DNA of 64,000 nt from the human T2T-CHM13v2.0 reference genome, Homo sapiens, in the NCBI RefSeq assembly GCF_009914755.1, contig NC_060935.1; one strand, written 5' to 3'. Position 1 is the stretch's first letter. Every line of letters starts with the position of its first letter. A model generated the notes under the pieces. That model ran no database searches and was not told the origin of the DNA. It saw only the letters and a list, made by a program, of their open reading frames with translations. A program made the position numbers and the translations under genes. Shown here one piece after another: positions 49,680-63,820 of the stretch.

Positions 49680-49860
49680 ATCAGTGAGCACTTATTGAAG
49701 TCCAAGGGCTTCAGTCTTTTGTGTCTGGTCTTCACAACCACCCTGCACATAGGCCTTCTGAGATCCATTTTCCAGATGAGGAAGCAGGAATCAGAGGGAA
49801 TAAGTAACGTGCCAACGGTCGCTCCAGCAGAAATGCAAACCCAGGACTGTCCCTCTGCAT
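49680..49860 (-). mobile_element. MIR SINE
   Basis: CCATTTTCCAGATGAGGAAGCAGG. Confidence 0.7.
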
Positions 49861-51899
49861 GGCTCTGGACCCTTCCTTTCTCTTTGGCCACTATCATTCA
49901 ATCACTTTTGTGAAGAACTGTAGCCAACTACTCTCTCTCCCACCCTCTGCTCTGAGAGGCAGAATTTGGCAGGGGCTAAAACTGGGGTTTTAGAGTTTAG
50001 GCAGATGGGTTTGGATCCAGCTCAGTGGCCTACTAGCTGCATGGCTTGGACAGTCATTTGCCCTTTTGGGGCCACATTTTTGTTTGTAAAGTGAGGATAA
50101 GGCCTGCTACATAGAGAGGTCACAAGACAGTAAATGAGCTCAAGGACTTGTTGGTGCCCGACATACGCCAGATCCCACTTGCCTTCCTCAAGGATGGCTG
50201 TGCCGCTTGGAAGCCACCACACAGCCTCCCTCTTCTGCAGAACAGCAAGAAGGTGGGAGACAGGCTCAAAATGAAGCCACATTGCACCCCTCACAAAGGC
50301 ATTCGCCTCCCTCCATCGTCTCCAAGCCCACCACTGGAGGAGGAGCCCACTGCCTTATTCTTTTTGATAGAGAGAGGAGTGGTCCAGGGAGCATCTGCTT
50401 CTGTGTTTACAGGAGTGTGGCCTCCAGAGGTTTCTGATTTTCAGCGATAAACAGCTTAGAGGGTGAGGCCCCACACCTTCAAGAGGCTCATAGTGTCAGC
50501 AGTAAGGGGCCAGCAACAGTGACCCCGCCTTCTTCCCTCCTCACCAGCCGGGGGTATCCAGAGTGCCCCTGGCCCCTGCTGGAATCCATGAGGCCCTCCT
50601 GAGCCTCCTCACCACTGGAGTGCCACTGGTGTGTGTCCAGCCTTCAGATGGTCACTGTCACCCCCACTGGCACCTTGTGGCCAGCATTTGAAGTGTTGGG
50701 CATGCCTTTCTTCACTGTGATACAATTTTTCTGCATAGGAGAAAAATCATGACACTTCTGAATAAGGGAGTTGCTGTGTTATTCTGTAGAAGAGAACATG
50801 CTCTGTCCAAGCTGTTATTTCACGTCTGTTCTTAAGAATTGTCACTGTAATTCCCCAATGTCAACAGAATCCTGATGGCATGGCTGCCTAGAGCTCAGCG
50901 TCCTCCATATACCAGCCCCAACCTACCTCCGGGGTCTTACTTGCAGTTATTATTATTGGGAATAATGATGGCTGTTGATTAAAATGATCATATCATCCAC
51001 AGTTGAGGACTCACAAGGCATGAGGCCATCTCCTAAGCACTCGACTCATTATCTCACTGGGTTCTCATTGGAGAATTCATCCAGAGGAAGCAGGTGTTAG
51101 GTCCCATTTTGCAGTGAGAAGTCTGCAGCCAGGAGAGGGTACCTCACTTGTCCCTGGGCTCCTAGACTTCAAAGCTGAAGCTTGTGCTGCTCTGTTGACC
51201 ATCACTCCACACCCAAGGCCCCCATCTCCTCCACACGAACTCCCTTCTCCAGTGAAAACCGCCTCCTGCCCGGTCCTCCTGTGTGCCTTTCACATGCCTT
51301 CCCCATGCTTGTCAGGCTGTTCCCTTGACCAGGAAAGCCTTGGGGAGCAGCAAGGTGAAATGGATGGGGCACAGGCTCTGGAGTCAGGAACAGTGCATCC
51401 CTCCTGTTCCACTTCCCAGCTCCCAAACTATTTAAGCTTTCTGGGCCTCAGTTTCCCTACCTGGAAAATGGGAAGATGTCATGTCATCATTGATTTGGTG
51501 AGGCAACATACACAAAACATCTGGGTGGTGGCACTGGCTCACCTGTTGAAGTTCTGCCTGAAGCTGGAGGCCCAGTTCTGCTTCCTCTAGAACGAGGCCT
51601 TCTCTGACTAACTCAGTCTGGTGACATTTCTTCTTCTTCCGAGCCACTCTTCTTCTTTCTCCTCTAGGAAGTCCATGTGCCATGAGGGCAAGGGCCCCCA
51701 CATTGACTTAATGCCATCGTTTGCACATTGCAAGAGCTTGATCAAGGTTTGCAAAGCAATTGCTCTTCAGGACTCGTCACCATCTGCACCCCACCTTCTT
51801 CTCCAGCATCCTCACTCTCTATACCCCAGTGTCTTCACTCTTCACCTCCCATCGCCCACTCTGAGCCTCCTGTATCTGACTCCCTGTGTCCCCAGACAC

Positions 51900-52260
51900 T
51901 GAAGTTCTCTCTTACCTCCTGGCCTCTCTGTTTATAATGCCTTCCTTCACTTCTTTCCCTGGGTAGCTTCTGGTCTTCCTTTAAGATTTAGCCCAGGTGT
52001 TTTCTCCTCCTTCAGGAAGTCTTCCAGATACTCCAGGCTGGTTAGATACTCCTCCTCTCTGTTCCCACAGCCTCTGACTTCTCTCTTAGCACTTGTCAAC
52101 CTGTATTTGTCCTGTTTGTTCACCTCTCTATCTCCCCTGGTAGGATATGATCCCCTGAGGGTAGGGACCCTGTTGTTGTCATCTCTGGAGCCCTGGCATT
52201 TGACATGGTGGCCACCACCAAGCCAGTATTTGTTGAGTAGATGGATGACTGGAGGAATGA
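51900..52260 (+). mobile_element. L2 3' end
   Basis: CTCCTTCAGGAAGTCTTCC..CCTGAGGGTAGGGACCCTG..TATTTGTTGAGTAGATGGATG. Confidence 0.85.
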
Positions 52261-53169
52261 GCACCTAGCTGAAAAATTCTGCACATCTGCCACTTGGAGT
52301 ATCTGCTGGTTGGGTTATGCAACGTCTGTGTGTGTGATGTCACTTGGCCACCTTTACCTTTGCATCCAAGAGACTGTGCTAGCTTGTCAGGGAATGGGAC
52401 ACAGTACTACAGAGCTGTGTGTAAATCTGCATGTGCGTTTCGTGCCTCCAGTTCAAACCTTGTTCATTAGCACAGCAATTAACAGCAGAGCCTAATGACA
52501 GATGGCCCAGCTCTGCACCTGAACCCCTGGCTCCTTGGCAGGCTTGGAGCAGGGCAGGCACGTCTGGCATGGTTGATGTTTTCATTGATCTAGTGAGTTC
52601 AGCTCCCAGGGCTGCCGGCTATGGAGACAGTGAGCTGACGTCAGTACTGGCTTTGGTGGGGGGCTGGGCCTAAAAGGGCCAGGCTTGTAACAGACTCTTG
52701 GAAAGCTTGCAGAAGTTTGGGGACTTTATTGTTTTTATCTTTTTTTAAGATATTAATTTCACATTGGGAAGTCCCAGCACCCCACTCTCAAATTTTCCTA
52801 AGCTCTAAGGACTTCCCTAGGAGATGGTGTCTCTTTCCTGCTAATTCTTTACAAGCTTCTAGGCTTTCTACAATTGTTATTTAGGATTGTGATATCCAGG
52901 CCCTTTGACTTCAGCTAACAGACACAGCTTCGTGTTTAGAGTGGCATATAAGATCAGTGTTGTGTAAACACAATTATATTTAGCAAGTTTGGAGATGTGG
53001 GGGTTTTTTCTTCCTGTTAATCCCGGGTTTGAAATGGCTTCCTAGTTATTACCCTGTGAATGTCATTCATTTCTCCATAAAAGAAATATCAAATTTGTGT
53101 TCAAATAGTTGTCTGGGTCATAAATTCAAGCTAAAGTGCAGTGTGTCCTAAGCCATAGCAGATTTCACA

Positions 53170-53340
53170 GAACTGGAGTTCATTAGAGCTAGAAAGGATC
53201 TTTCTGTCCAACCTGTGTCATTGACAGATGGGGAAACTGGGCCCCAGAGAGGTGCACTGATTTGCCCAAGGACACATGGCAAGTAGGTGGCAGAGCTGAA
53301 GCCACGTGTTGGTCTCCAGTGGCCTCTTTCCTACACCATG
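53170..53340 (-). mobile_element. MIR/MIR3 fragment
   Basis: CAGATGGGGAAACTGGGCCCCAGAGAGG..TTGCCCAAGGACACATGGCAAG. Confidence 0.8.
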
Positions 53341-55099
53341 TTTCAGATCATCAGAAATGCTCAGGCTTTGCTGTGTGCCAATCCCAAACCACTCTAGAAT
53401 GAATTTCTTAAGTGGTGTTGGATATGCTTCCTTGAGCCTGCCACCAAACTTGGTCTGAGTGAAATAGAAGAGGGGGTGCAGGCAGAGGAAGTGAGGACTG
53501 CGGTCTGTCGTTAGTGATGTGGAAACCACGCATCTTCTTTACGAAGGTGTTGACAAGTCTGTGTGCCCAGGGAGCCACGCAGGGGAAGAAGGTTAGAAGG
53601 CTGGGTAGTCCCTGAGGTAGGAAGCAACTTCAGCGAGAACCTGCCCATCTTTGCAAAGTGGGCACTTCTCTCAGTGAGGGGGTTGCAGGCAAAACTGCGG
53701 GGATAGTCTTGTTCCCACAGAAGAAGTGGTTGGAGAAATACCTATCACATTGTGGAACAGTGCCCTCATTCTGCATTTTCTTATCTAGGAGACAAAAAAT
53801 GCCTCCTGGAGATAACCTACCTGCCCTCCCTTCCTTTGAGGAAGTTTAACCTTTCTCCCTCATTGATATGGAATCCCAGGTATTTATCTGATGACCTGCT
53901 GAGATTGGTAGTTCAGAAAAACCAGTCTTCAGGCTTAGGGGAAGCTTGACGTGTATCCTAGGGTGGAGGCCCAGGTCTCGGGGACAGGTCCCACCTCTCC
54001 TGATAATGTTCCCCGCCTCCCTGTCAGGAGGTGCAAAGGTTTGGGTGGGCATTGTGAAATGTTGCCCCAGAAGAAGGTTTCCTTCTCTTTCAGCATCATG
54101 CTGAGAGGTCCACACATGGCCCTACTGCCACAGTGTCACGAAGGCAGACCTGTCCTTTCTGCCTTGTCTTTTTAAAAAAATCACCCCAGGGCCATTACAG
54201 CTCCTCCTGGTTCCTGATTCACTGTGTTTTAATCAAGCATAACTCTTAGAATGAGCAGAACATGACTTCATTTTTGTCTCTCAGTGTTTTCTTCTCCCCT
54301 GCAGTGAAAACTCAAAGAGGCCCCACAATGTTTTCGTCCTCTGTTAGGTAATATCTTGCATAACTTGAAGTCACAAAACACAGCCTCAGTTCTGTAATTG
54401 GAATTCCCAGTCCTGTGTGCTAATTCCAACTCTGCATTTGAATTGGAGATCAATCTTCTCCCCTTCTCTTTCTAAAGTCAGCTTCAGAGTCAGCCTTGTC
54501 TCGGGGGAATGAATATGATTGGCCTCTTATCTCTTTCTCTGTTCTTTTTTCACCCATTGTTTACTCACTGCACACTCCAGGATTGGATGAAGAAGAAGGG
54601 GAAAAGAGGGAAAGACAGTTCTTACTTGCCTGGTGTGCTTGGGCTTATTGGCAGACATTTAAAACCCACTCTGCAGTAGAGGTCTTTCCCACTTTCTCAG
54701 AGTCCCCAGGATGGCTGGGGAAGCTCTCCTACAGTCCCCTGACCTGGCTGATTGCACTTGATCATGAGGCCACCACTGGCTTGGCAACCCCTTAGGAAAT
54801 CTGAAGTTCATTCCAGCTTTCTGCTGAGGTCCATTACTTCCCTGGGCCAACTTTCTGTTACACAAAGTCCATATCTGGAAAATACCATTTTTGTACCCAC
54901 AGACCTTGGGAGTAAGGTAGTGGTAATTCTTCTTCATCCCAGCTTTCCTTCTCAGGCCAACATTCCTGAGGACATCCTAGGTCCCTGGGGTTCATGGCTC
55001 CTTGGCTGCTGCTGGGGAGGGAGAGTTGGTTTATTTCTCCATGCTATGGCATCTTTCTCCAACCCTCCCACCCCCACCATCTCTATTGTTTATCTCTCT

Positions 55100-55461
55100 T
55101 GATATGGTTTGGCTGTGTCCCCATCCAAATCTCGTCTTGAATTGTAGCTCTCATAATTCCCACGTGTTGTGGGAGGGACCTTGTGGGAGATAACTGAATC
55201 ATGAGGGCAGTTTCCCCCATACTGTTCTCATGGTAATGAATAAGTCTCACGAGATCTGATGGTTTTATAAAGGGTTTCCCCTTTTGCGTGACTCTCATTC
55301 TCTGTAGTCTGCTGCCATGTAAGATGTACCTTTTGCCTTCTGTCACGATTATGAGGCCTCCCCAGCCATGTGGAAATGTGAGTCCATTAAACCCCTTTTT
55401 CTTTATAAATTACCCAGTCTCAGGTGTGTCTTTGTCAGCAGCATGAAAATTGACTAATTCA
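55100..55461 (+). mobile_element. THE1C-like solo LTR (ERVL-MaLR)
   Basis: TGATATGGTTTGGCTGTGTCCCCA..TTTCCCCCATACTGTTCTCATGG..GAATAAGTCTCACGAGATCTGATGG..GACTAATTCA. Confidence 0.92.
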
Positions 55462-55967
55462 TTGCTCTTTCTCTCTCTCCATCTTTCATTATCTCCCAGC
55501 CGATAGCCACACTCCCTTGCCTTTAACTTTCCCAAGTCTGTATCAGGCACCAGTCCAATGAGCTTCAACTTTCCAGTGGACAGACATCAGGCTCTCCAGC
55601 CCATTGAAACTGCTTTTCCTAGCCTGGACATGGTAGCACCAGCCCCACCCCCACCCCGTCCACTCAGCAACTCTCTCCGCATCCAGCACTCTCTTGAATT
55701 TATCAGATGCCAATCATGAACTTCTGCAGCTTGATCTCTCACAGTATTTTGCAAAGTATATGATGTCTTTTTGTCTGTCTTAGGGTCCACACACTTGGAA
55801 TGCACTCTGACTTAGGCTCTTGATTTGCATCTGGGGTGGTCCCTTCTGACTGGTCAAGCCCACCTCCCACCAGCACTCCTACAGAGGGGAATTCTACAGA
55901 CCTCCCTGCCACTTCCCTGTGGGGTTGAGGGTGCAGCCAAGTCACAAGGAGATAGCTCCCTGCCCTG

Positions 55968-55992
55968 ACACACACACACACACACACACACA
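55968..55992 (+). repeat. (CA)n microsatellite
   Basis: About 12 AC units. Confidence 0.95.
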
Positions 55993-56669
55993 ATCCTGGG
56001 AATCAGGCTGCAATTGTTTCTCTTAACAAATGGTAGGGACATGGCAGTGGGGAAGTTTTCCCAGAGCTTTGTGAAATCAAGCCACGTTCCCTGCTGTGTG
56101 GTACATGGCAGGCATGAAGGATTAATAATTTTTGTATCGAGGAAACATAGCACACTCCCAGTGCTTCTTCTCCCACCCCAGTTTCATGTTTTTAATCTGG
56201 GAGGGGACCATGGAGGGACAAAGGGAAAAGAAAAATGGTAGCAGAAAAGGAGGTGGTTTGAGGAAGATCTTTTGCATAAATCTGCTGTAAATCAGCCATC
56301 ATGGACCCTGGGCAGTTCTTTTCATGACCTTCTGGTCTTTGCCTTCCCTCATCCCCAGTAATTTTTAGTGAGAAGGAGCATTTTGCAGTTTAGGGACACT
56401 GCTGAGGGAACAGTGCGCCATGTCTCTTATTTTTCATCCTTTACTGAAACTGCAGGTGAGTCCATTTCTCATACACACTGTCTGACTTCCAAAGACCTGA
56501 AACCCCATCACCTCACTGCCAAAACAGGGATGGACTCCGGCAGGTGGGCAGAGGCGGCTGGAAGGCATTTGCCAGCTCCCTTCCAAAATGAAGCTAGCTT
56601 TCCTTTAGCCTTCAGGCTGCCAAGTAAAAAGTCTATAAAACAGTGGTTCCCATTTTTTAAGAATGGGAA

Positions 56670-57020
<351 letters not shown>

Positions 57021-58389
57021 CTAAAAAGTGAACATCCAGCACCATTATTTTATAGAAGAAAGGGCGTTTTGGCACGTGCGTGCACACACACACACACACT
57101 CCAGGTCGGAAAGAACTTAATCTCAGAATAAACACTAAAAAAATTAGATTTTTGTATAAAAACTCCCAATATTGTCTTTATTTTTCTCATGTTATTGGTG
57201 CCCCATGAAAACTTCACTGTAGTCTGTTCCTTGGATTAGCTCTTGGAAAGCAGGAGCTGAAGTTACTGAGTTAGTCATAAAGTTAAGAAGCATTTAGATC
57301 CACAAACAGCTACATCTCATTGCATTGATTAACATTTAACACATACGCATGGTTGTCTAGTTCTTGCTGGGCAGTAGATTTAGTGCTGGGGGTACAGCTG
57401 CTCCCTGAGAGAGTGTGTACTTGTGTGAAAGGACATGGAAGTGACACCTCCTCTGGGAGGCCCCCCAATACCATCCCAATTACAGTGTCAGTTGAGACCC
57501 GCCCCACCCCATCCCCAGTAATTCTCTAACATGTCGCCTTTTTCTTTTTCTTTGGAGCCCTTACCCGAATGGAAGTTACCTTGTTTATGTCTTTATGTCC
57601 TTTGGGGCCTGTCTCCCCACCTGGGATATAAGTCCCAGGGGTACGGGAACTTTTCTGCCCTAGGGACCACTGGAGCACCAGCACAGAGGTCCAGGGTTCC
57701 CCTTGGTGGCTGATGTGGGGTGGAAGTTGCTGAGGGAATAGGACAGGGCACCCCCTTGTCCTGAGCCCCTCACACAGTAACCTCTTCAAATCACTCAGTG
57801 ACCGGTGAAGAGACCAGCGGGCCTCCTGCCCTACATAGGTGTTCTAACTTCTGAATTAGTTGGGTTCCAGTCAGAAAGATAATTTAGAGTGGAACACAAA
57901 GCGTCATTTTTCTTTACAGAAGGAAAACAAAACATCTTTTTTACTACCATTGACCTCCTCCTCTAGGGGTGTGGGAGGTTGCTGGAAGGTCATGGGATAT
58001 TTCGAATGGAAAAATCAGCATTTGTCTGTCTCCCTTCCCCCAGTGGAAACCATCGGCCCAACAAAGCACACTGGTGGCAGCTGGAGGGTCAGAAGTCCCC
58101 TGAGCAAGTCACCATTGTCACCACTGGAAGTGGTGAGGAAGATCACTTGCAGGCAGGACCATAGCCTGGCATTAGCATTCTGGTGACCCCAGCAAAGAGG
58201 CGGTGTGGGGACTGCCTCTGTGTGGGGTGGGGTGTGATTGTTTCTTAGGAGGTAGCTGTAGTTACAGGACAGCCTTTGCAAGCTCCTACCACTGTGTGTA
58301 TCCACAGGCAGGCAGGGTGGCATGAAGCTCAAAGCAGCACCCTGGGCATCACGAGGCAGGGACTGAGCTCTGTCAGGTTAGATGGTAAT

Positions 58390-58950
58390 AATGCAAGGTA
58401 GCATTTGCTTAGAATTGGCTATGCCCTATGTGCTTTACACGCATATCATGCACACCAGAAGGGCTCACAGCAATTGTATGAAATAGATGTGGTCATTATT
58501 TCCTCTTCATGCCTGAGAACACTGAAGCTCAGAGGGGTTAAATGGCATGCCCAGGGTCACCCTGCTGATGGATGGTATCACGTGGACTTGAATCCAAGTC
58601 TTCCCACCCCCAAAGCATGGACACCGCTGTGCTTCTGTCTGAGTTCACCTGCCACGGAAATGTGCTGTGGTTTTGTGACAAGCTCCAGAGCTCCGTGGCT
58701 AAATGTAGAGGTTGGAACAACAGTAATAAAGTAATAAACGATAAAAAACCAAGCACCTGCTATGTGTCATGGACTGTGCAGGCACTGTATGCACATTAAC
58801 TCAAAACAGCCCTGAAAGGTCGGCCTAATTCTTCCAATTATACAGATTAGAAACAGGCTGAGAGTTTAAATGAATCTGCCAAGTCCCACAGCCACGAAGT
58901 AGTATATTCAGAATTTGAACTCAGGTTAGTTTGACTTCAAAGTCATTGCT
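58390..58950 (-). mobile_element. Two MIR fragments
   Basis: ACTGAAGCTCAGAGGGGTTAAATGGCATGCCCAGGGTCAC; CAGAATTTGAACTCAGG. Confidence 0.75.
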
Positions 58951-59788
58951 CCCTTGAAAGCATTATCCTGTGAAAACTGATTCACTCAACAAATATTTAT
59001 ATATACTTCATTTACCAACTAGTATTTATTTATTAAATATCGGTATGTATTTCAACAAATATTTATAATATTCATCCAACAAAGATTACTACTATTTCTA
59101 TGTATTTATGTATTTATTGCCTGGCATAGAGTAGGTATTGAAGAAATATATAGACTATGCTAGAGAGTAGGGATTAGGCACTAAACATGACAGATAAAAT
59201 CTTTGCCTTCATGGGGCTCACATTCTGGTAGGGGAAACAGAAGATAGACATGGAAAGAAAGAAATATATGTAATAGCACCTAATTATAAGTTACTTTAAA
59301 AATGAACCAGAGTAAGGAGGCAGGGAGTGATTTGGGCAGGGAGCTAAGGCTGTTTTAATCACAGGCTCACTCTGGCTGCTGCTCTGAGCCAAGACCGTAG
59401 GTAGTCAAAGAAGCAGGGGGCCAGTTAGGAGGCAATGGAGATAATCTAGGTAAGAAACAAGAAGTTCTTGTCTCCAGATAATGGTAGCAGATTGGTAGGA
59501 AATGATTGGACTCAGAATTTATTTTTAAGTGAGCCAGCAAAATTTGTTGACAGATTGGATGCAGATTACAAGAGAAAGAAAGGAGTCTATGGTAACTCCA
59601 AGATTTTGGCCTGAACAACTGGAGGGATGGGATTGCCAGTTGCTGAGACAGGGGAGAATGAAAGGTTGGGAATTCAAATGGACTCATTTGTGTTTGAGAT
59701 GTCTATTACTAGTCCAAGGGACATGTTGAAAAGCCATTGTGATTTTTGAGTTTGGAATTCAAGGGTGTGTTCTAGGGGTAAATATGTC

Positions 59789-59944
59789 CAATATTTAATC
59801 AAACCAAAGAGGCCACTGACTATAAGACCATTATTTTATTTACTACCAAGAAAAAGCACTGTCCATTAAGCTAGGATACACTGCAACTTCAGAGATATTA
59901 AAATGTGGAAAAAATGTGTGGTTTAGAGTCAATGGGATTTAGTA
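59789..59944 (-). mobile_element. MER104-like Tc2 MITE
   Basis: ACCATTATTTTAT..TTCAGAGATATTAAAATGTGGAAAAAATGTG..TTAGAGTCAATG. Confidence 0.7.
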
Positions 59945-60040
59945 AGTTTGGGAGTTTCCAGTATATGGATGGTATTAACAGCTGTGAGAGTTGAGGAAAT
60001 CACCAAGGGAGTGATAGAGGATAAAGAGAAAGAAAAAAAA

Positions 60041-60095
60041 TTAGGTTGGTGCAAAAGTAATTGTGGTGTTTGCCATTAAAAGCAATGGAAACTAA
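60041..60095. mobile_element. MADE1 (Hsmar1-derived MITE), second arm internally deleted
   Basis: TTAGGTTGGTGCAAAAGTAATTGTGGTGTTTGCCATT = Hsmar1 TIR; ends AATGGAAACTAA followed by TA. Confidence 0.9.
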
Positions 60096-61215
60096 TAGAA
60101 GTATAAAGGACTGAGCACTAGCATGGCAAATTTTTGAGCAGGGAGATTCATGGCCCATTTCGAGCCCAGTGGAAAGTTGGGCAGTGAAAGATCTTTTCTG
60201 GAATAGGAGCCACTGTGGAGCTGCTCTGCAGGGCTTTGGTCTGGGGACTCAGGACTCACAGATGGCCAGAATTGTAACACAGGGCATCACCCAGCACTAG
60301 CTGTGTGGCATTGCCCAGAAAGGCCAAGCTTTTCAGCTCGCCTGGTTCACTGCTGGACTGTTTTCTCATCAGTAATATGCAAGTATAATGTCTACTCTAT
60401 CATCTCAAAACCCAGAAAAAAAGTCCATCTGTTTCTTTCTCTGGGCCTCAACATCTGCCCCTATAAAATGAAGAGTCTGGACAGGGTGATTTCTAATTCC
60501 TCTTCCAGCTCAGGCATAACAATACTACTAGCTGCAGTACTTTGAACATCTACTAGGTGATTTATATTAATATAATCACTAATCATCATAAACGGCCATG
60601 TATTATGATTCCCATTTCACTAATGAGGCAACTGAGGCCAAAAAGGGAGCAGGCTACTCACGGTGGTGGAGCCAGGCTGCAGACTAGAGTATTTCAGGCC
60701 ATTGGCTTAAAGCCCCCTGCCTCCCTGCTGGGATTGATGCATAATTCTTGAGCTAAACTTAGTAGCATGTGGCTGGAGCCCAAGGGCAACCCCTTCTTAT
60801 GACACGAGGCAACTTCAAAGGGTTGTCCCACATACAAGGGGAAGATAGTTTGTCTCTGGGGACCCTCTACTTTCATGGGAATGGAGTGTTCCTGCAAAAA
60901 GGTCAACAGAAAGGAAGGCAACTGATGTTGGAGTGTAGAGGTAACTCATCCCCAATCCTGTGGACTCTCGGTTTAGTGCTCTTTGACCATATTATTTGCT
61001 AGTCAAGGACCAGTGTCCACACATAGTGGTACTGAATGGGATTCCTTTGGTCAGGTTGTTGTGAGAACGTTTCCTGAGCTAGAGGTGGAAGAAGGGGAAA
61101 AGTGGGTTGGAGTGAGTTTCAGTGATGGGAGAAAGCTTGTTGTCAGTCTAGGACTAATCAAGGAGCTGAGTAGAGTCAGATGCATCAACATTTCAACCAG
61201 GAATATAGTGTAGAC

Positions 61216-61450
61216 CGGGGTTTCTTAACCTCAGCACAATTGACGTTTGGAGCTAGATATATCTTTGTGATGGAGGACTGTCCTGGGTATTGTGGGCTAT
61301 TTAGCAGCATCCTCGGCCTCTACCTACTAGATGCCATTAGCGACAACTCCCCATCCCCAGCTGAGATGACCAAAAATATCTGCAGTCATTGTGAAATGTT
61401 CTTGGGGTCAAAATTATATCCACCCCCTTCTTCAAGGCTGACAAACATTG
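61216..61450 (-). mobile_element. MER20 hAT-Charlie MITE, full length
   Basis: GGGTTTCTTAACCTCAGCAC..TTTAGCAGCATCC..GGCCTCTACCTACTAGATGCCA; 8-bp TSD GTGTAGAC / GTGTAAAC. Confidence 0.92.
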
Positions 61451-61571
61451 GTGTAAACAATTCTCTCTCCCTCCTACAAAGGCCATCAGCTGACCATGTC
61501 CACACATGTCCTGGGCATGTGTGTTCCTGGGCATTTTCCTCCCTCTGGCATCCTCCTGCAGGGCTGGGTGA

Positions 61572-62025
<454 letters not shown>

Positions 62026-62379
62026 TCTGGGAACTATCTTATCCACAGACACACTGAATTGTTTTATCTCAGGACATTTGCACTTGTCACCCCATGCCAC
62101 CCTTGTGGCTCCTCTTCATTTGGGTCTCCATTTTTACAGCCCCATGTCATAGGCCACCTTGCTTATCATTCCAGTTACTCCTTACTGCATCTCTCTGCTT
62201 AGTGCCTGCAGAGTGTTGGCCAACCCCTGGTAGCATCGTGTTTATTTGCTTATTTGTTTATTGCTTGTCTCCCCCATTAGACTGTGGGATCTCAGAGGGC
62301 ACGGACCTGATCTAGTGGGACCTGATCCAGTTTGTCCCCTGCTGTACCCACAGTGCAGACTTCAGTGCATGGTTGTAAT

Positions 62380-63250
62380 CATGGGTCCAACAGCTTTGGT
62401 GAACACATGTTGAGCACCTACTCAACAGCACCAGGCTCTGTGCTAGGAGCTGAGTTGAATAGCACAGTCTCTGCTTCCTACGAGCTCAGTGTCTCATGGA
62501 AGGAGAGCAATAAAAGAGGTGAGAGAGAGAGAAGTGAAGGAGCACAGAGAAAGGAACAAGTGAACCTGTCTTGCAGATGAGGAAAGATCTTCAGTTTGAG
62601 GAAAGGAGGATCACACAGTATCTGCAGATGCAAGAAGATACAGGGGATCATGGATGGCTCCCAGGGAGCAGGGAAGGAGCAATGGCATGGAACTTGGAGC
62701 AGCAGGGCTCCCTGTGCAATGTTTGAAGCAGCAGAAAATGAGGGAGGTGGAGTAGAGGAGGAAAACTGAGAGACCTTGCATTCCATGCCAGGAAACAGAC
62801 CCTAACCTATAGCAAACAGGACCCAAGAGGCAATGTAGACTAGTAGTTAAGATGTAAGCTTTGAAGTTAATTTCAGACCTTGGTTCAAATCTTCACTCTG
62901 CCACTTGTGCACTGCATGACTGGCCAGCAATTTCACATCTCTTAACTTCAGTTTTATCATTTTGGAAATGTGGTTAATATTTCCATTGTAGGGCTGTTTT
63001 GAGTGCAAAATAAGTCCTTAGCACAGTGCCTGGGACATAATAAGTGCTTAATAAATCATTGCTATTCCTGTTGATGTGGTTAACAAGGAGCCAGTAGAGA
63101 TTTTCCAAGCAAATGAAGGACATGATAGATTTGCATTTTAGCAAGATTGTGCAGGCAGGGCTGTGGAGAGTGGCTTGGCAGTGGCTCTGAGGAGATCAGG
63201 TGAGACAGGAACCAGGGAAAACAGGAAGCTGCTGGAATGGAAAGAGAGGC
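62380..63250 (-). mobile_element. L2 fragments interrupted by a plus-strand MIR (~62830-63065)
   Basis: TGTTGAGCACCTAC..GGCTCTGTGCTAGG; MIR GGTTCAAATCTTCACTCTGCCACTT..GCACAGTGCCTGGGACATAATAAGTGCTTAATAAAT; L2 resumes GACATGATAGATTTGCATTTTAG. Confidence 0.75.
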
Positions 63251-63539
63251 AGAGAAGGGGGTTTGAATCCTGGGACTTGGAGCAGCTACTGTGGGAACCT
63301 TGGTAGCAGGAGATGCACTCATACTTTGCCCTCTGAGTAAGGCTGCAGGGGAGTAGAAGAGGAGTCCCCAGGCCCAACAAGTAATAGCCTAGAGGAGGCC
63401 CAGGTGGGGAACTACAGCTCAGCCTGACCTGGGTTCACTCACCAGCTCACAGCCTTTGCACCTGGGAAGATGCAGCCAGCTTTGCATTTCAGGCCATCCT
63501 CATGGTGAGAAGGGGTGGCTTGCCATTTGTACCGGGTGA

Positions 63540-63820
63540 TATACTTTTAATTAAAATGGTAATTATTTGAGCATTCCTTAAAGGTTTACTTTGGGAATTT
63601 GCCGTCTTGAAAGCTCTGCCTTAATTAGTATTCTATTTATCCCTTATTAATAAATTATCTCTCAGCGGTTTCTTCCACCTCCTTTGATCACAGGGTCTCA
63701 TCATTCCTGAGCTGAACTCCATTCCCTGTTGGCCTTATGGGTTCAGTGGGCCCAATCAAGCCTGATTCAGGGGTTTGAGAATTAAAGTTCTCAATTAACG
63801 CCCAACAGCGTGGGGATCCA
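63540..63820. promoter_or_regulatory. Candidate developmental enhancer
   Basis: No recognisable repeat; several TAATTA/TAAT cores and CCTTTGATC (TCF/LEF) at 63681. Confidence 0.35.

Larger units (their letters stand above)
58978..60125 (-). mobile_element. Fragmented L2 carrying MER104 and MADE1 insertions
   Basis: TCAACAAATATTTAT tails; TTTTGGCCTGAACAACTGGAGGGATGGGATTGCCA..TGAGA. Confidence 0.8.

Noticed and set aside
14419-55461. Two THE1 LTRs in the same orientation as ends of one provirus
   Set aside because: Different subfamilies, 40 kb apart, no internal THE1 sequence; independent solo LTRs
58978-59150. Repeated TCAACAAATATTTAT units resembling a spaced array
   Set aside because: Degenerate L2 3'-tail copies with irregular spacing; not CRISPR-like, and the DNA is eukaryotic
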